From an uncultured Gammaproteobacteria bacterium (GTDB lineage: Bacteria; Patescibacteriota; Patescibacteriia; Magasanikbacterales; GWA2-37-8): DNA of 64,000 bases. Below are positions 27,745-38,202 of the stretch, in pieces. The notes below the pieces were generated by a model. It saw only the letters and a list, made by a program, of their open reading frames with translations. It was not told the origin of the DNA and did no database searches. Positions within the stretch are counted from its first letter, which is position 1. The number at the start of each line of letters is the position of its first letter. Where the stretch lies: contig CAYHBZ010000002.1 in NCBI GenBank assembly GCA_964355175.1, positions 119,189 to 183,188 on the forward strand, written 5' to 3'. The translations under genes were made by a program, and so were the position numbers.

Positions 27745-28512
27745 TTACTCTGAATCACCGGTTTGTTTTTTCATTATTTCAATCTTTGGTCCTTTCCACG
27801 CTTTTATTTTTAGCGCGGCTTCGGCCGCTTCGGTTTGGGCTTCTTGTTTACTGCTACCCATGCCCGAGGCAATTAATTCTTTTTCTAAAAATATACCTAC
27901 CTTAAACATTTTGTCATGATCTGGTCCACTTTCTTCAAGTACTCTATAGGTTGGAGTGACACCTATTAATTCTTGAGCGGATTCTTGGAAGCGACTCTTG
28001 GCGTCCATATACAGACCATTTTCTAAAATGTAAGGTAATTTAGTAAGAACATAGCGGGCAATGAATTGCTTGGCACCATCATATCCTTGATCTACATATA
28101 TGGCACCCACTACTGCTTCGAAAGCATTCGCCATGATATAGTCTCGAGCTTTGGTGCCAGCGTCTTTGGCTTCACCGTGGCTGAGAAATAGATATGGCTC
28201 CATGCCAATTTCATACGCGACGCTGGCCAGCATTTTGGCATTTACCAGAGCGGCGCGCCAGTTGGTGAGTTCACCTTCTGGATTTTCATATTGATTGTAA
28301 AGATATTCAGTGACGACTAATTCTACCACAGCATCTCCTAAAAATTCAAGTCTTTCGTTTTGGCCCAGAGCGAAGTCATGGTGCTCATTGAGATAAGAGC
28401 GGTGCACGAAGGCTTGGTATAAGATGTTGATGTTTTTGAATTTTACTCCTAGTTTATTTTCTAGTAAGGGGAAATTTTTTTCCTGTACTTCGGGTAAACT
28501 GTTGATGTCCAT
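27745..28512 (-). CDS. rnc: ribonuclease III
   Basis: HRSYLNE, NERLEFLGDAVV, EGELT..R..LVN, FEAVVGAIY.DQG, C-terminal dsRBD (GPDH.K.F, SKQEA). Confidence 0.98.
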   Translation of the reverse strand: MDINSLPEVQEKNFPLLENKLGVKFKNINILYQAFVHRSYLNEHHDFALGQNERLEFLGDAVVELVVTEYLYNQYENPEGELTNWRAALVNAKMLASVAYEIGMEPYLFLSHGEAKDAGTKARDYIMANAFEAVVGAIYVDQGYDGAKQFIARYVLTKLPYILENGLYMDAKSRFQESAQELIGVTPTYRVLEESGPDHDKMFKVGIFLEKELIASGMGSSKQEAQTEAAEAALKIKAWKGPKIEIMKKQTGDSE

Positions 28513-28602
28513 ATATAGTGAGATTGCTCACTTATCGTATAGCGCGCAATAAATGGGCGATAGAGGATAAGCGATAAATTAAATAAGTGAGAGAAGAAGA
28601 AA

Positions 28603-29070
28603 TTATTTTTTCTTTTCAGTTGGCGTTTCCACTTCGGCAATTGGTTCGCCGTTTGGGAACATATCTTTGTATAGAGAGCCAAGTACTCCGTTTACAAATT
28701 TGCCGCTAGCTGGGCCGCCGTAGCTTTTGCCGAGCTCGATGGCTTCGTTAATAGCTACTTTTGGTGGTACTTCGGGATTAAATTTTAATTCCCAGATCCC
28801 AATGCGTAGAATATTTCTATCAACGATAGTGATTTTTTCCAAAGGCCAGTTGGGCGCGTATTTCACGATGATTTCGTCAACTTCTTTTTGATGGTCGATA
28901 ACACCGTCGACGATTTGAGTAGCAAAATTTTTTTCACTGCCAAGACCAATACCAAATTCTACAATATTATGTTCCAAAATCGCCGGTAACCCCGCGCTTG
29001 GCTGGCCACGAAAATCCCATTCGAAAATGGTTTGCATGGCGATAGAGCGTGCCAGATGACGATTGGACAT
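28603..29070 (-). CDS. nusB: transcription antitermination factor NusB
   Basis: start [13 protein letters not shown]; [25 protein letters not shown]...[10 protein letters not shown]. Confidence 0.96.
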   Translation of the reverse strand: MSNRHLARSIAMQTIFEWDFRGQPSAGLPAILEHNIVEFGIGLGSEKNFATQIVDGVIDHQKEVDEIIVKYAPNWPLEKITIVDRNILRIGIWELKFNPEVPPKVAINEAIELGKSYGGPASGKFVNGVLGSLYKDMFPNGEPIAEVETPTEKKK

Positions 29071-29116
29071 AAAAGGAAACACAAGGCCAATAGCAAAGCT
29101 ATTGGCCAAGAGTTAA

Positions 29117-29329
29117 TTATTTTTTATTTTTACGAGTCGTACGAGTGGTGCGTTTTGCAACGTCGAGAACTTGACGTCCGCGATATGTGCCACAAAAAGC
29201 GCAAGCACGATGTGGACGGATAGTTTTACCGCATTTAGGGCAGATAGTAGCAGCCGATTCTTTGAGTCCGTGTTGAGCGGCGCGGCGGCGTTTATCACTG
29301 CTGGTACGGCGATGGCCGGGTAAACCCAT
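29117..29329 (-). CDS. rpmF: 50S ribosomal protein L32
   Basis: MGLP..R.TSS...RR, CPKCG...RPHRACAFCGTYRGRQV. Confidence 0.95.
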   Translation of the reverse strand: MGLPGHRRTSSDKRRRAAQHGLKESAATICPKCGKTIRPHRACAFCGTYRGRQVLDVAKRTTRTTRKNKK

Positions 29330-29459
29330 AGGGATTAACGTTATTTAGTAAAAAAATGAACTTGGAAAGCCAAATTACCCCTATATAATAGCATAAAAAG
29401 AAGCTTTTGTAAAGACCCCGGTTGATTTTTCTGCTCATTTGAATTAAGATAGGGGTGTT

Positions 29460-30431
29460 ATGATAAAAATTACTCAAATTCAGGACGAAAAACAGTGGCA
29501 AGAGGCCACTTTGAAGCTCGCCGCTCCTTTTTCCCATGCTTGGGACTGGGGTCAGATTTTGGTGGCTGAAGGTAGAAAAGTGGAAAGATTGGTAGCTCAG
29601 GAAGATGGTTCTGTAGTGATGACTGCTCAGGTGATCTATATGCCTATGGGCCTAAGCTTTAAATACGCTTTTTGTCCAAAAGGGCCGATTGGCAAAATGA
29701 ATGAAGAAGTTTTGGAAGCCTTTGGCGATTATTTTAAAACCAAAAAAGTTTTGTTTTGGCGTATTGAACCAACACAAAAAATTGAAAATAAAAATATAGT
29801 GAAAAGCCGTGATATCAACCCTAGTGCCACGATGATTTTGGATTTGCAAAAAACCGAGGAAGAAATTTTGTCCGGCATGCATAGTAAGACCAGATATAAT
29901 ATTAATTTGTCACACAAGAAAAATTTGGAAATAAAGAATGAAAAAAATCTTCCGGTGTTTTGGGAGCTGATGAAAAAAACCGGCGCGCGCGACGGATTTC
30001 GATTGCACGAATCCAGACACTATCAGGCGATAGTGGATTCGCGTTTTTCTACACAGATTACAGTATATATTCACGGCAAAGCTATCGCTACTATGGTGCT
30101 CGTGGGATATGGCGACACTTTTACATACTTATTTGGAGCGAGTGATCATGATTATCGCGCGATGATGGCGCCGTATATGCTGCAATGGAGCGCTATGACA
30201 CTAGGAAAAAATAACGGTTATAAATTTTATGATTTTTTTGGTGTGGCGCCAAATATTTCCGATAATGAACATTATGAATACGACAGCGAACATCAGTATG
30301 GTGGTGTGAGTAGATTCAAAAGTGGTTTTGGGGCCCAGTATACCGAGTCGCCAGGAACATTTGATTTTATTATCAATAAGTTTGGGTATAATTTATATCT
30401 GCGGTTGAGGAAGTTGAGGCAGATGATTTAA
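29460..30431 (+). CDS. FemABX/MurM family lipid II peptidyltransferase
   Basis: F.H.W.WG, PKGP, LDL..TEEEIL..M.SKTRYNI, YLFGAS, LQW.AM, YDFFG, GV.RFK.GFG. Confidence 0.92.
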   Translation: MIKITQIQDEKQWQEATLKLAAPFSHAWDWGQILVAEGRKVERLVAQEDGSVVMTAQVIYMPMGLSFKYAFCPKGPIGKMNEEVLEAFGDYFKTKKVLFWRIEPTQKIENKNIVKSRDINPSATMILDLQKTEEEILSGMHSKTRYNINLSHKKNLEIKNEKNLPVFWELMKKTGARDGFRLHESRHYQAIVDSRFSTQITVYIHGKAIATMVLVGYGDTFTYLFGASDHDYRAMMAPYMLQWSAMTLGKNNGYKFYDFFGVAPNISDNEHYEYDSEHQYGGVSRFKSGFGAQYTESPGTFDFIINKFGYNLYLRLRKLRQMI

Positions 30432-30435
30432 AATT

Positions 30436-30993
30436 ATGAAAGTTATTTTATTTGATTTTTTTGGAGTACTGTCTACACCCGCGTATATGGAAGTAATAAA
30501 AAAGTTTATTCCTATTACGCAGCAAGATAATTGGATTAAAAAGCTCGATATGTTGGATTCGGGTGATATCTCTGAGGAACAGCTGGTTGCAGAGATTTCC
30601 GCTTATTCACAAGCTTCTTCAGCGGAAATTTGGTTTGTGGCCAACAGTTCTCCGAAACTTAATCACAAATTAGTTAATTTTATTAAAAGTGATTTGAAAG
30701 CCAAATTTCAGGTTGGATTACTTACCAATATACCCAAAAGTTTAATAGAAAGAATTTTAAAACAAGAGCTAGATTTATTTGATTTTAAATTTATTTCTTC
30801 TGAATTAAAGTTGATAAAGCCAGATAAAAGAATTTTTGAGTTGGCGGTATCCAGAGTGGGTTGTCCGGTCAATGAAATATTATTTATTGACGATGGACAG
30901 AAAAATATAGAAGTTGCACAAGGTCTGGGAATAAATGTTATCTTGTATGATAATTTTAGTCAGTTGTTGAAAGAAATAAAACAATATATTTAA
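30436..30993 (+). CDS. HAD family phosphatase (YihX-like)
   Basis: ILFDFFGVL, LLTN, KPD.RIF, LFIDD...NIE.A..LG. Confidence 0.9.
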   Translation: MKVILFDFFGVLSTPAYMEVIKKFIPITQQDNWIKKLDMLDSGDISEEQLVAEISAYSQASSAEIWFVANSSPKLNHKLVNFIKSDLKAKFQVGLLTNIPKSLIERILKQELDLFDFKFISSELKLIKPDKRIFELAVSRVGCPVNEILFIDDGQKNIEVAQGLGINVILYDNFSQLLKEIKQYI

Positions 30994-31027
30994 ATAAAAA
31001 TTCCCGACTAAGTCGGGAATTTTTATT
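30993..31027. terminator. bidirectional terminator (CCCGAC repeat)
   Basis: AATAAAAATTCCCGACT-A-AGTCGGGAATTTTTATT between convergent genes. Confidence 0.8.
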
Positions 31028-31772
31028 ATCTTCCAATAAATGGCGTAGCTGAATCCCAGGCCATATCAAACATTGTTTTCATCGTATCAGCAATTGCTTT
31101 TTCTTCTATGCGCACGGCGAAGACATTATGTCCTTGGATTTTGAAAATGACCACAATGTCGTCGTAGATAGCATTATCGTTAAAAATTCCTGGAGCTTTA
31201 GAAGCGATTCTAGAGGAGTAAGTTTTGCCGGCGATAGAAGCATAATGTTTAGAACTTTTTTGTGCTTCGGAAGTGTCGGCAATAATTTCACGGGTGCGGG
31301 TTTCATTTTTATTTACCGCTTCAGCGATTTTTATAAACATTTCTTGGAAGTTTTTTTCTACGGCGCGCAAATCGGACCAAAAGCGAATTTGGTTCGCGTT
31401 GCATATTTCTTGGTAGATTTGTTCGAGTGCTTCGCGTCCTTCCAAAAAAGATATTTTTGGCCGTCCGGACATTTGGTTTTGGATAGCCTGCAATTCGGGT
31501 ATTAAATTTTTTGCTTCTTGTAATTGGCGCTCAATCCTTTTTTCTAGCATGATTGGGTCCACGGCTTTGAAGGTTTCTTTTTTGCCAGAAGGGTATTTTT
31601 CTAGTAGGCCGTCTTTTACCAATTCTTCTACATATATATAGGCGGTTGGGCGCTTGATTTCAGCTTTTTTGGCTATATCTTGGATAGAGGCAGTGCCTAG
31701 AGATAGGGTAGAAAGGTATATTTTTGCCGCTTTTTCAGATAAGCCAATAGATTGGAGAGCTTTTAATTCCAT
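31026..31772 (-). CDS. TrmB family transcriptional regulator
   Basis: LQSIGLSEKAAKIYLS.L.LG..S..DIAKKA.IKRPT.Y...L...GL, then IYDD.V...I....IA.T.K.MFD.AW effector domain. Confidence 0.9.
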   Translation of the reverse strand: MELKALQSIGLSEKAAKIYLSTLSLGTASIQDIAKKAEIKRPTAYIYVEELVKDGLLEKYPSGKKETFKAVDPIMLEKRIERQLQEAKNLIPELQAIQNQMSGRPKISFLEGREALEQIYQEICNANQIRFWSDLRAVEKNFQEMFIKIAEAVNKNETRTREIIADTSEAQKSSKHYASIAGKTYSSRIASKAPGIFNDNAIYDDIVVIFKIQGHNVFAVRIEEKAIADTMKTMFDMAWDSATPFIGR

Positions 31773-31799
31773 AGGTTTGGATATTAAATAATTGTATTT

Positions 31800-31839
31800 A
31801 TTATAACATAAATATATAAATTTGTCAATACTTTTGACA
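31800..31839 (-). promoter_or_regulatory. trmB promoter overlapped by a palindromic operator
   Basis: minus strand TTGACA(31828-31823)-17 bp-TATAAT(31805-31800); palindrome TGTCAA-N5-TTGACA at 31823-31839. Confidence 0.7.
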
Positions 31840-32048
31840 GATTATAAAAATAGAAATGGCTAAAATAAGCCATTTTTTAATTTATAAAACTTAAAATTAG
31901 GTAAGATAGTTTTACAAATCTGACATTTCTGGTATAATGGCTTGTTACGCTGATAACCCGCAAAGAGTGGGTTTGGCCTCTGACCGGACAATAGCGTCCG
32001 TCGTTCTTTCCCAATTGGCAGCTATGCCTTAAATAGTCAGAGGACAAG

Positions 32049-32750
32049 ATGAATTTGAAGGATTTCGCCAATCAGTTCGGTATCTCGGCCATCGCTCGTC
32101 GGCACTTCGCCTATCGCAAGCCGGTGTCCGATGCCGAACTGGGCGGGTACTCGACCCGTGGTGCGTTGACCTATATGCGGGCGCTCGAAGCGTCGCGCAT
32201 GGGTCTGTCGCACCTCGAAGCCCACAAGGCTTTCGAACAGGGTCGGCAGTTGGTGGAGCTGGGCATCACGCCCGGCTTGATCATCACCGGTTGCGATCAG
32301 CGCAACCAGGATGGTGGCCACGCCACGGCTGAAGGCATCTCCTTGGCGGGTACAACGCAGCCCTCGGTGTTCACCAGTCCCGCCGTCACCTATCCGCACT
32401 ACACCTCTTTCGAGATGGTGAAGTCGGCTCTGGAGACGCATGGCGATCTGGCTGTTCACCGCGTGCTCGCTGGCCAGCTCCACGGTATCTGGTCCGAGCC
32501 GGCGTTGGTCTTCGACGCTCGCATCCTCGCTGCGGTTCAGGCGGATTATGGGGTCGACGGCCCCGTTCTCTTTGACCTGAATTTCGAACAGATCACGTTG
32601 CTCTACTTTCGCCTTGTGCGGAAGTTGGAGCTCTGCGAGATCCCGTTCGATGACAAAGCGTGGATGCCGAAGTTGGGCGGTGGAGTCGTGATCTCCGCTG
32701 ACCGCAAGACCGCGATGGAATTCGCGGCTGACCTGACGGTCGTTGAGTAG
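32049..32750 (+). CDS. GC-rich protein, divergent histidine phosphatase-like fold (unit A)
   Basis: own promoter (TATAAT 31933), SD GAGG; 'IARRHF', 'GLS.L...KA.EQG.QL' and 'PGLIITG..QRNQ' align by eye with RHG-phosphatase motifs. Confidence 0.7.
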   Translation: MNLKDFANQFGISAIARRHFAYRKPVSDAELGGYSTRGALTYMRALEASRMGLSHLEAHKAFEQGRQLVELGITPGLIITGCDQRNQDGGHATAEGISLAGTTQPSVFTSPAVTYPHYTSFEMVKSALETHGDLAVHRVLAGQLHGIWSEPALVFDARILAAVQADYGVDGPVLFDLNFEQITLLYFRLVRKLELCEIPFDDKAWMPKLGGGVVISADRKTAMEFAADLTVVE

Positions 32751-32873
32751 ATTTTTATACTCGATGACAGTTGGTCAAGTTAGGGGCTGTTAGTACGCTT
32801 TCGTACTCTCAGCCCTTTGACCTTTAGTTTATTAATTCTATTAGTAAGCTGAAGGTGAAATAAATTATATATT

Positions 32874-33209
32874 ATGAATGATAAAAAAATATTGTTAAAA
32901 GGTCTTGGTGCTAGTCAAGGACAAACACAAGGGATAGCTAGAGTAATACTACCAGGAGAAAGCTTTTCTGATTTTAAAGAAGGAGAAATTCTGGTCACTA
33001 CTATTACTGATCCAACGATGGTAATGGCGATGGTGAAAGCCACGGCAATTATCACAGACTTGGGCGGAATTACTTCTCATCCAGCCATTCTTAGTCGAGA
33101 GATGGGAATACCATGTATAGTAAACACTAAAGACGCCACTAAAAAAATTACTAACGGCCAAACAATTTTCATTGATGGCCAAAAAGGAGAAATTTATGTC
33201 TTGGATTAA
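32874..33209 (+). CDS. stand-alone PEP-utilising enzyme mobile (phospho-His swivel) domain
   Basis: LKGLGAS.G...G.ARVI, GEILVT..TDP, AIITD.GGITSHPAILSREMGIPCIV, IDG.KG. Confidence 0.92.
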   Translation: MNDKKILLKGLGASQGQTQGIARVILPGESFSDFKEGEILVTTITDPTMVMAMVKATAIITDLGGITSHPAILSREMGIPCIVNTKDATKKITNGQTIFIDGQKGEIYVLD

Positions 33210-34263
33210 ATCTTTTACACACAGTTCGTTCAATTTATTTGCTGGTAATATTTTGGACGCTTTCCAGCCGCTTGATTTTTTTCACTTTTATCCTTTGTGG
33301 CATGATTTGTGGGTGAAAAGAATTGCTGCAGTGATAAAATCTTTGGATTTGGAGAATAAAAAGTTTGCCGAAGTAAAGCATATTTTGCCGCCGCCTTCCA
33401 ATATGCGCGCTATCTTGCAAAAGTTGATCCCGTGTTACCAAGGTGTGCAAGAAAAAAATATTGAGGAGTATAAAACAGTAACCAATTTTTTTGCGCGTAT
33501 GTTGTCCGAGGCTTGTCCGACCGATCCTTTTGCGATGAATTCAAATATTGCTCATTCAGAACAAGAAATTGGTGAAATGATAAAAAGTATTCAATGGAAA
33601 TTTGGCGATTCGTATTCTGCTAAAAAGATCGGGCGTTTAATTACAGCGGCCGGTTCATTGGTGCATGGATTATATAATGATTTGGCTACAGATTTTGGTT
33701 GGGAGGCCTATGGTCCTTATATTACTGGAGAAAAAGAAACTATCTTGATCAGACATTTTCCTGATTTGCGTCCGCTTGATCTTTGGTCAGAAAATTTTGT
33801 GGCTTCAATAAAAGATTTGGCTATTTACACTTGGTATCAAGACGTAGATTGGGAAATATCTTTTGTAGGATGTCATACTCTGGTAAAAAATGGCGATCCA
33901 ATAAGCGGTATGAAAAAATTTGCTGTGGTCGCTGATGGCCGAGTATTGTCGGTAGAGGAAATCGTTTCTTTGGTAGATATATTGGCACAAAAAGCTGAAA
34001 CTCTTTACAAAGAAATTCGTATCAAAGACATTGAAGAGACTAAAAGGATGATTTTGAGACAAGAACATTATCAGTTGAAAAAAATGTTTGATGCGGCTGG
34101 GTTGGATTGGAACACGACCGCTGAGATTCATGCCCGTGTAGAGAATAAGCCGTTGCTTGATAATTTTTTACCGCGTGGGAAAATTTTAGTTAGTGTGGAA
34201 GAATATAAAGAGGAATTTGGTATTAAGTATTTTGCTAAAGAAGTGTTAGAGGTGGACTTATAA
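33196..34263 (+). CDS. hypothetical protein
   Basis: 355 aa ORF overlapping the previous stop (probable start MSWIKSF), followed by a terminator. Confidence 0.75.
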   Translation: MSWIKSFTHSSFNLFAGNILDAFQPLDFFHFYPLWHDLWVKRIAAVIKSLDLENKKFAEVKHILPPPSNMRAILQKLIPCYQGVQEKNIEEYKTVTNFFARMLSEACPTDPFAMNSNIAHSEQEIGEMIKSIQWKFGDSYSAKKIGRLITAAGSLVHGLYNDLATDFGWEAYGPYITGEKETILIRHFPDLRPLDLWSENFVASIKDLAIYTWYQDVDWEISFVGCHTLVKNGDPISGMKKFAVVADGRVLSVEEIVSLVDILAQKAETLYKEIRIKDIEETKRMILRQEHYQLKKMFDAAGLDWNTTAEIHARVENKPLLDNFLPRGKILVSVEEYKEEFGIKYFAKEVLEVDL

Positions 34264-34267
34264 AAAT

Positions 34268-34298
34268 AAAAACCTCCGTTTGATAACGGAGGTTTTTT
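34268..34298 (+). terminator. intrinsic terminator
   Basis: AAAACCTCCGTT-TGAT-AACGGAGGTTTT. Confidence 0.8.
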
Positions 34299-34304
34299 GT
34301 TGAA

Positions 34305-34349
34305 GATCCCTCACTTTGTTCGGGATGACAGTGTTTGTGTGGAATGACA
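34305..34349 (-). repeat. TGTCAT REP-like remnants
   Basis: GATCCCTCACTTTGTTCGGGATGACA and GGAATGACA are reverse-oriented copies of the TGTCAT family. Confidence 0.65.
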
Positions 34350-34353
34350 ATTT

Positions 34354-36822
34354 TTACAGCATCGTCACACTTACCACTTTATCATCAGTCTCTTTGAATC
34401 TCATCAAGCGTACACCCTGAGTGGCGCGGCCGGAGGAGGAGATGGATTTGAATGGCAGACGGATGACTTGGCCTTTGGCGGACATGATCAAGAGATCTTT
34501 GTCTTGCTCCAGTACCGAGTCTACGACTTTGGCAAAGGTGAGGTTGCCGGTCTTGGCGGTGATTTCAGCAGTTTTGATACCACTACCACCACGACCCTGG
34601 ACTTTATATTCATCCAGCTCGGTGCGTTTACCGACACCGTTTTCACCTACGGTCAAAAATTCTAATGATTTATTTTTTGGATCTACCACATCCATGCCGA
34701 TTACTTCGTCGGTGCCTTTGAGGCGCATGCCGCGCACACCGCCGGCAGTGCGACCCATTTCACGCACATCTTTTTCTTTGAAGTGAATCGCTTGGCCTTG
34801 TTTGGTGGCTATCATCACTTCGTCATTGCCGGTAGTTGGTTTGACCCATTCAAGGTTGTCATCGGCTTTGAGTTTGAGGGCAATCAATCCACTGCGGCGG
34901 ACATTGGCAAAATCTTCTAAGGCACATTTTTTGATATTACCGCGAGTGGTGACCATTACCAAATATTTAATGTTGGTGAGATCATTCATGCCAAGTAAGG
35001 CAGTCACTTTTTCATTTGGGGCAAGCTGTAAGAAATTTACGAGCGCTTGTCCTTTCGCAGTACGAGAAGCCTGAGGAATGTCATAAGCCATGAGCTGGAA
35101 CACGCGACCACGGTTGGTGAAGAATAAAATGTTATCATGAGTATTGGTGCTCAAAAGATTTTGCACACTTTCTTCTTCTTTGGTGTTCACTCCGATCACG
35201 CCTTTGCCACCGCGAGATTGCTGGTGGAAAGTATCCGGTGGCAAGCGTTTGATATAGCCATCGGTGGTGACCATTACTATAGTTGGTTCATTTGGGATCA
35301 AATCTTCGGTAGTAAATTCTTTTACACCGTGAGCCACGATCTTGGTGCGGCGTTCTTCACCAAATCTTTCTTTGATCTCCGCAGTTTCAGATTTTACAAT
35401 TCCCAAGATTTTTTTGGCCGATGCCAAGATGCTTTCCAATTCTTTGATGATAGCGCGTTTTTCTTTTAATTCATCTTCGATTTTTTGTCTTTCCAAGTTG
35501 GCCAACTGTTGGAGTTTCATTTCCAAAATGGCAGTGGCTTGGCGATCCGAGAATTTAAATTTAGCCATCAAGTTTACTTTGGCTTCTTCTTTATCGCTAC
35601 TAGCGCGAATCAATTTGATGATCAAATCAATCTTGTCGAGCGCCATGGATAAGCCTTCTAATATATGTTCACGATCTTTGGCTTTATCCAAATCAAATTG
35701 AGTGCGACGACGAATTACAACTTGGCGATGTTTGATAAATTCTTCCAAGATGTGTTTGATGTTGAGAATTCTTGGTTGGATGCCATCTACCAAAGCCAAA
35801 GAATTGTAATGGAAGGTAGTTTGTAAATCAGTTTGTTTGTAAAGCTGGTTGAGAACTTTTTGTGGGTAAGAATCTTTTTTCAATTCAATCACCACACGTA
35901 CGCCATCTTTGTTGGATTCATCGCGCAAGTCGCGGATGCCTTCCATTTTTTTCTCTTGTACCAAGTTGGCGATCTTTTCTATCATCTCCGCTTTGTTTAC
36001 TTGGTATGGTACTTCCGTCACTACGATCTGGAACATGCCGCTCTTTTTCGCTTCTTCAATTTCAGCCTTGGCACGCACTACCACTCCGCCTTTACCAGTA
36101 GCGCAAGCGGCAAAAATATCTTTCTTATTATAGATGATACCGCCGGTTGGGAAGTCTGGTCCTTTGATAATATCGCAAAGTTCTTCGATAGAAGTATCTG
36201 GATTTTCAATAAGCTGGGCGATACCATCACAAAGCTCAGAAAGATTGTGTGGAGGAATAGAGGTGGCCATACCAACTGCGATACCCATTGTACCATTGAG
36301 CAGAAGATTTGGCAGTTTGGTTGGCAATACAGTTGGCTCATTGTGAGAGCCGTCGTAAGTAGGGATGAAGCTAACAGTATTTTTTTCAATATCAAAAAGC
36401 ATCTCTTCGGCAATGGAGCGCAAGCGAGCCTCGGTATAACGCATCGCCGCCGCACTGTCGCCATCCATGCTACCAAAGTTACCTTGACCATCTACCAACA
36501 TATGGCGCATGGAAAATTCCTGAGCCATACGCACCATCGCTTCATAGATGGAGGAGTCACCGTGCGGATGGTATTTGGCCATCACTTCACCGACTACATG
36601 GGCGGATTTACGGTATTTATTGTTGTGACGCAAACCAATATCCCACATCGCATAAAGAATACGGCGGTGCACTGGTTTGAGACCATCACGCACATCTGGT
36701 AAGGCACGAGAAATAATAACACTCATCGCGTATTCCAAATATGATCTTTGCATTTCACCGACAATCGGGGCGTTGATAATTTTTCCTATATCGTTGGTTG
36801 GTATATCAAGTTTATTTTGCAT
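34354..36822 (-). CDS. gyrA: DNA gyrase subunit A
   Basis: start MQNKLD; [40 protein letters not shown], GyrA-box-like QSRGGKG, beta-pinwheel repeats. Confidence 0.98.
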   Translation of the reverse strand: MQNKLDIPTNDIGKIINAPIVGEMQRSYLEYAMSVIISRALPDVRDGLKPVHRRILYAMWDIGLRHNNKYRKSAHVVGEVMAKYHPHGDSSIYEAMVRMAQEFSMRHMLVDGQGNFGSMDGDSAAAMRYTEARLRSIAEEMLFDIEKNTVSFIPTYDGSHNEPTVLPTKLPNLLLNGTMGIAVGMATSIPPHNLSELCDGIAQLIENPDTSIEELCDIIKGPDFPTGGIIYNKKDIFAACATGKGGVVVRAKAEIEEAKKSGMFQIVVTEVPYQVNKAEMIEKIANLVQEKKMEGIRDLRDESNKDGVRVVIELKKDSYPQKVLNQLYKQTDLQTTFHYNSLALVDGIQPRILNIKHILEEFIKHRQVVIRRRTQFDLDKAKDREHILEGLSMALDKIDLIIKLIRASSDKEEAKVNLMAKFKFSDRQATAILEMKLQQLANLERQKIEDELKEKRAIIKELESILASAKKILGIVKSETAEIKERFGEERRTKIVAHGVKEFTTEDLIPNEPTIVMVTTDGYIKRLPPDTFHQQSRGGKGVIGVNTKEEESVQNLLSTNTHDNILFFTNRGRVFQLMAYDIPQASRTAKGQALVNFLQLAPNEKVTALLGMNDLTNIKYLVMVTTRGNIKKCALEDFANVRRSGLIALKLKADDNLEWVKPTTGNDEVMIATKQGQAIHFKEKDVREMGRTAGGVRGMRLKGTDEVIGMDVVDPKNKSLEFLTVGENGVGKRTELDEYKVQGRGGSGIKTAEITAKTGNLTFAKVVDSVLEQDKDLLIMSAKGQVIRLPFKSISSSGRATQGVRLMRFKETDDKVVSVTML

Positions 36823-36823
36823 A

Positions 36824-37417
36824 TTAGTTTTTGGTAGTGGTAGGAATAGTGGATGTATTAGAAAGGGTGGAGGTAGTGCTGGTCGGTGTGGTAATGGCGG
36901 CGCTGGTGGCACTAGTAGTATTAGTAGCTGATGACGCAGTTTGTTTTTTTAGTGCTTCCGCCAGTAATTCTTTTATCTGTAATTTTGTCAGTTGATTTTG
37001 CAAATCATTTTGTTTTTCGGTTTGAAAAGCTTGATTGAGATCAGTAGAAGTTTTATCTATGATTTTTTTCTCTTCAGTTTTTTTCCAATTAATAGTGGTG
37101 AAATTGGACCACAGTGAATATCCCCAGAAAAATACTATCGCCACTAGCAGTACGGCCATGCCAGCATAAAACCAATAAGTCATCTTGTTGTGGTGCGAGA
37201 GTTGTTCGGTCACAAATTTTTCGCGGATGCTTTGTTTTGATTCAAATTTTTTTTCTGGAATTTTTACCGGCGGTTTTTCTATCACTGGTTCGGCTTCTTT
37301 TTCTGCCGGCAAATCACGCGTCATGCGGATATTATTATATATCAGCGACGGCATTGGTTTTTTTTCCGGTTCCCCTAGATTTTCTTTTTTCTTTTTGCCT
37401 CCTTTTTTGGCTGGCAT
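36824..37417 (-). CDS. hypothetical single-pass membrane protein with Thr/Ser-rich tail
   Basis: basic N-terminus, one TM, TTSATS.. C-terminus; operonic with gyrA. Confidence 0.75.
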   Translation of the reverse strand: MPAKKGGKKKKENLGEPEKKPMPSLIYNNIRMTRDLPAEKEAEPVIEKPPVKIPEKKFESKQSIREKFVTEQLSHHNKMTYWFYAGMAVLLVAIVFFWGYSLWSNFTTINWKKTEEKKIIDKTSTDLNQAFQTEKQNDLQNQLTKLQIKELLAEALKKQTASSATNTTSATSAAITTPTSTTSTLSNTSTIPTTTKN

Positions 37418-37420
37418 ATT

Positions 37421-38035
37421 TTAATAATTTTTTTCTAACACCATTAATTTTGTTTCGCCACTTGGTAAATCTTTTTTCTTCAGAATTAATTTTTTGTCAG
37501 TCAGTTCGGCCTTGAGTCCACTCACTTTGATGAAATCAGAAAGCGGACGTACTTTTGGATCAGTGTCACATTGGTAGCCCATTGGGATCACAATACGTGG
37601 TTCGATAGCAGTAATCAATTCCGACGCTTCTTCTGGTGACAAATATTCTTTGCTATCGCCAACGGCAATAATCAACACATCTGGTGTGCCAAGTTTTTCA
37701 ATAGTAGCGTCGTCAATTTTTTGAGTAATTTTGCCCAAATGCACGACGTTCAAATTTTCAGCATTGATTTTAAAAATCTGTCCGCCTTCTACCGGCAGGG
37801 AATAGCACATTACGCCCTTGACTTCGCATTCACCAAAAGTAGAGATAATAAAAGGATCTTGAGAGGTAGTAGCCGCACCATCTAGGCCATGGCTGTATAG
37901 GGCCATTTGGGGAGTGAAACTACGAGGAAATTCGCCATTATCGGGTTTGTAAGCATCGATTAATACCACGACCTCTTCGTCTTGGTTTTTGGTCTGCAGG
38001 CGCACGCAGGTTTGTCCGAGCCAGGAAATGTGCAT
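37421..38035 (-). CDS. MBL-fold (Lactamase_B_3-like) protein with degenerate metal site
   Basis: M.ISWLGQ.C..L, IDAY, GE.EVKGV, VHLG, DVLII.VG, IEPRIVIPM.Y; no HxHxDH motif. Confidence 0.8.
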   Translation of the reverse strand: MHISWLGQTCVRLQTKNQDEEVVVLIDAYKPDNGEFPRSFTPQMALYSHGLDGAATTSQDPFIISTFGECEVKGVMCYSLPVEGGQIFKINAENLNVVHLGKITQKIDDATIEKLGTPDVLIIAVGDSKEYLSPEEASELITAIEPRIVIPMGYQCDTDPKVRPLSDFIKVSGLKAELTDKKLILKKKDLPSGETKLMVLEKNY

Positions 38036-38202
38036 ATTTTGCTGAAATTAGCGTTTAAAATGGATAAAAAATGACTAGTAAAATTATACCATAAGGCCTT
38101 TTTGGGCGCAAGGCTAAAATGACTGTTTTTGGGTTGACATTTTGGAGATTTTATAGTAGTTTTTAGTCATGGCCGCAATCCCGCGGTTGGAGATTACAAG
38201 TC

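Noticed and set aside
36822-36912. Pro-rich N-terminal extension of GyrA in the ORF track
   Set aside because: It overlaps the Thr-rich tail of the upstream gene; the real start is ATG 36822, just after that gene's stop.
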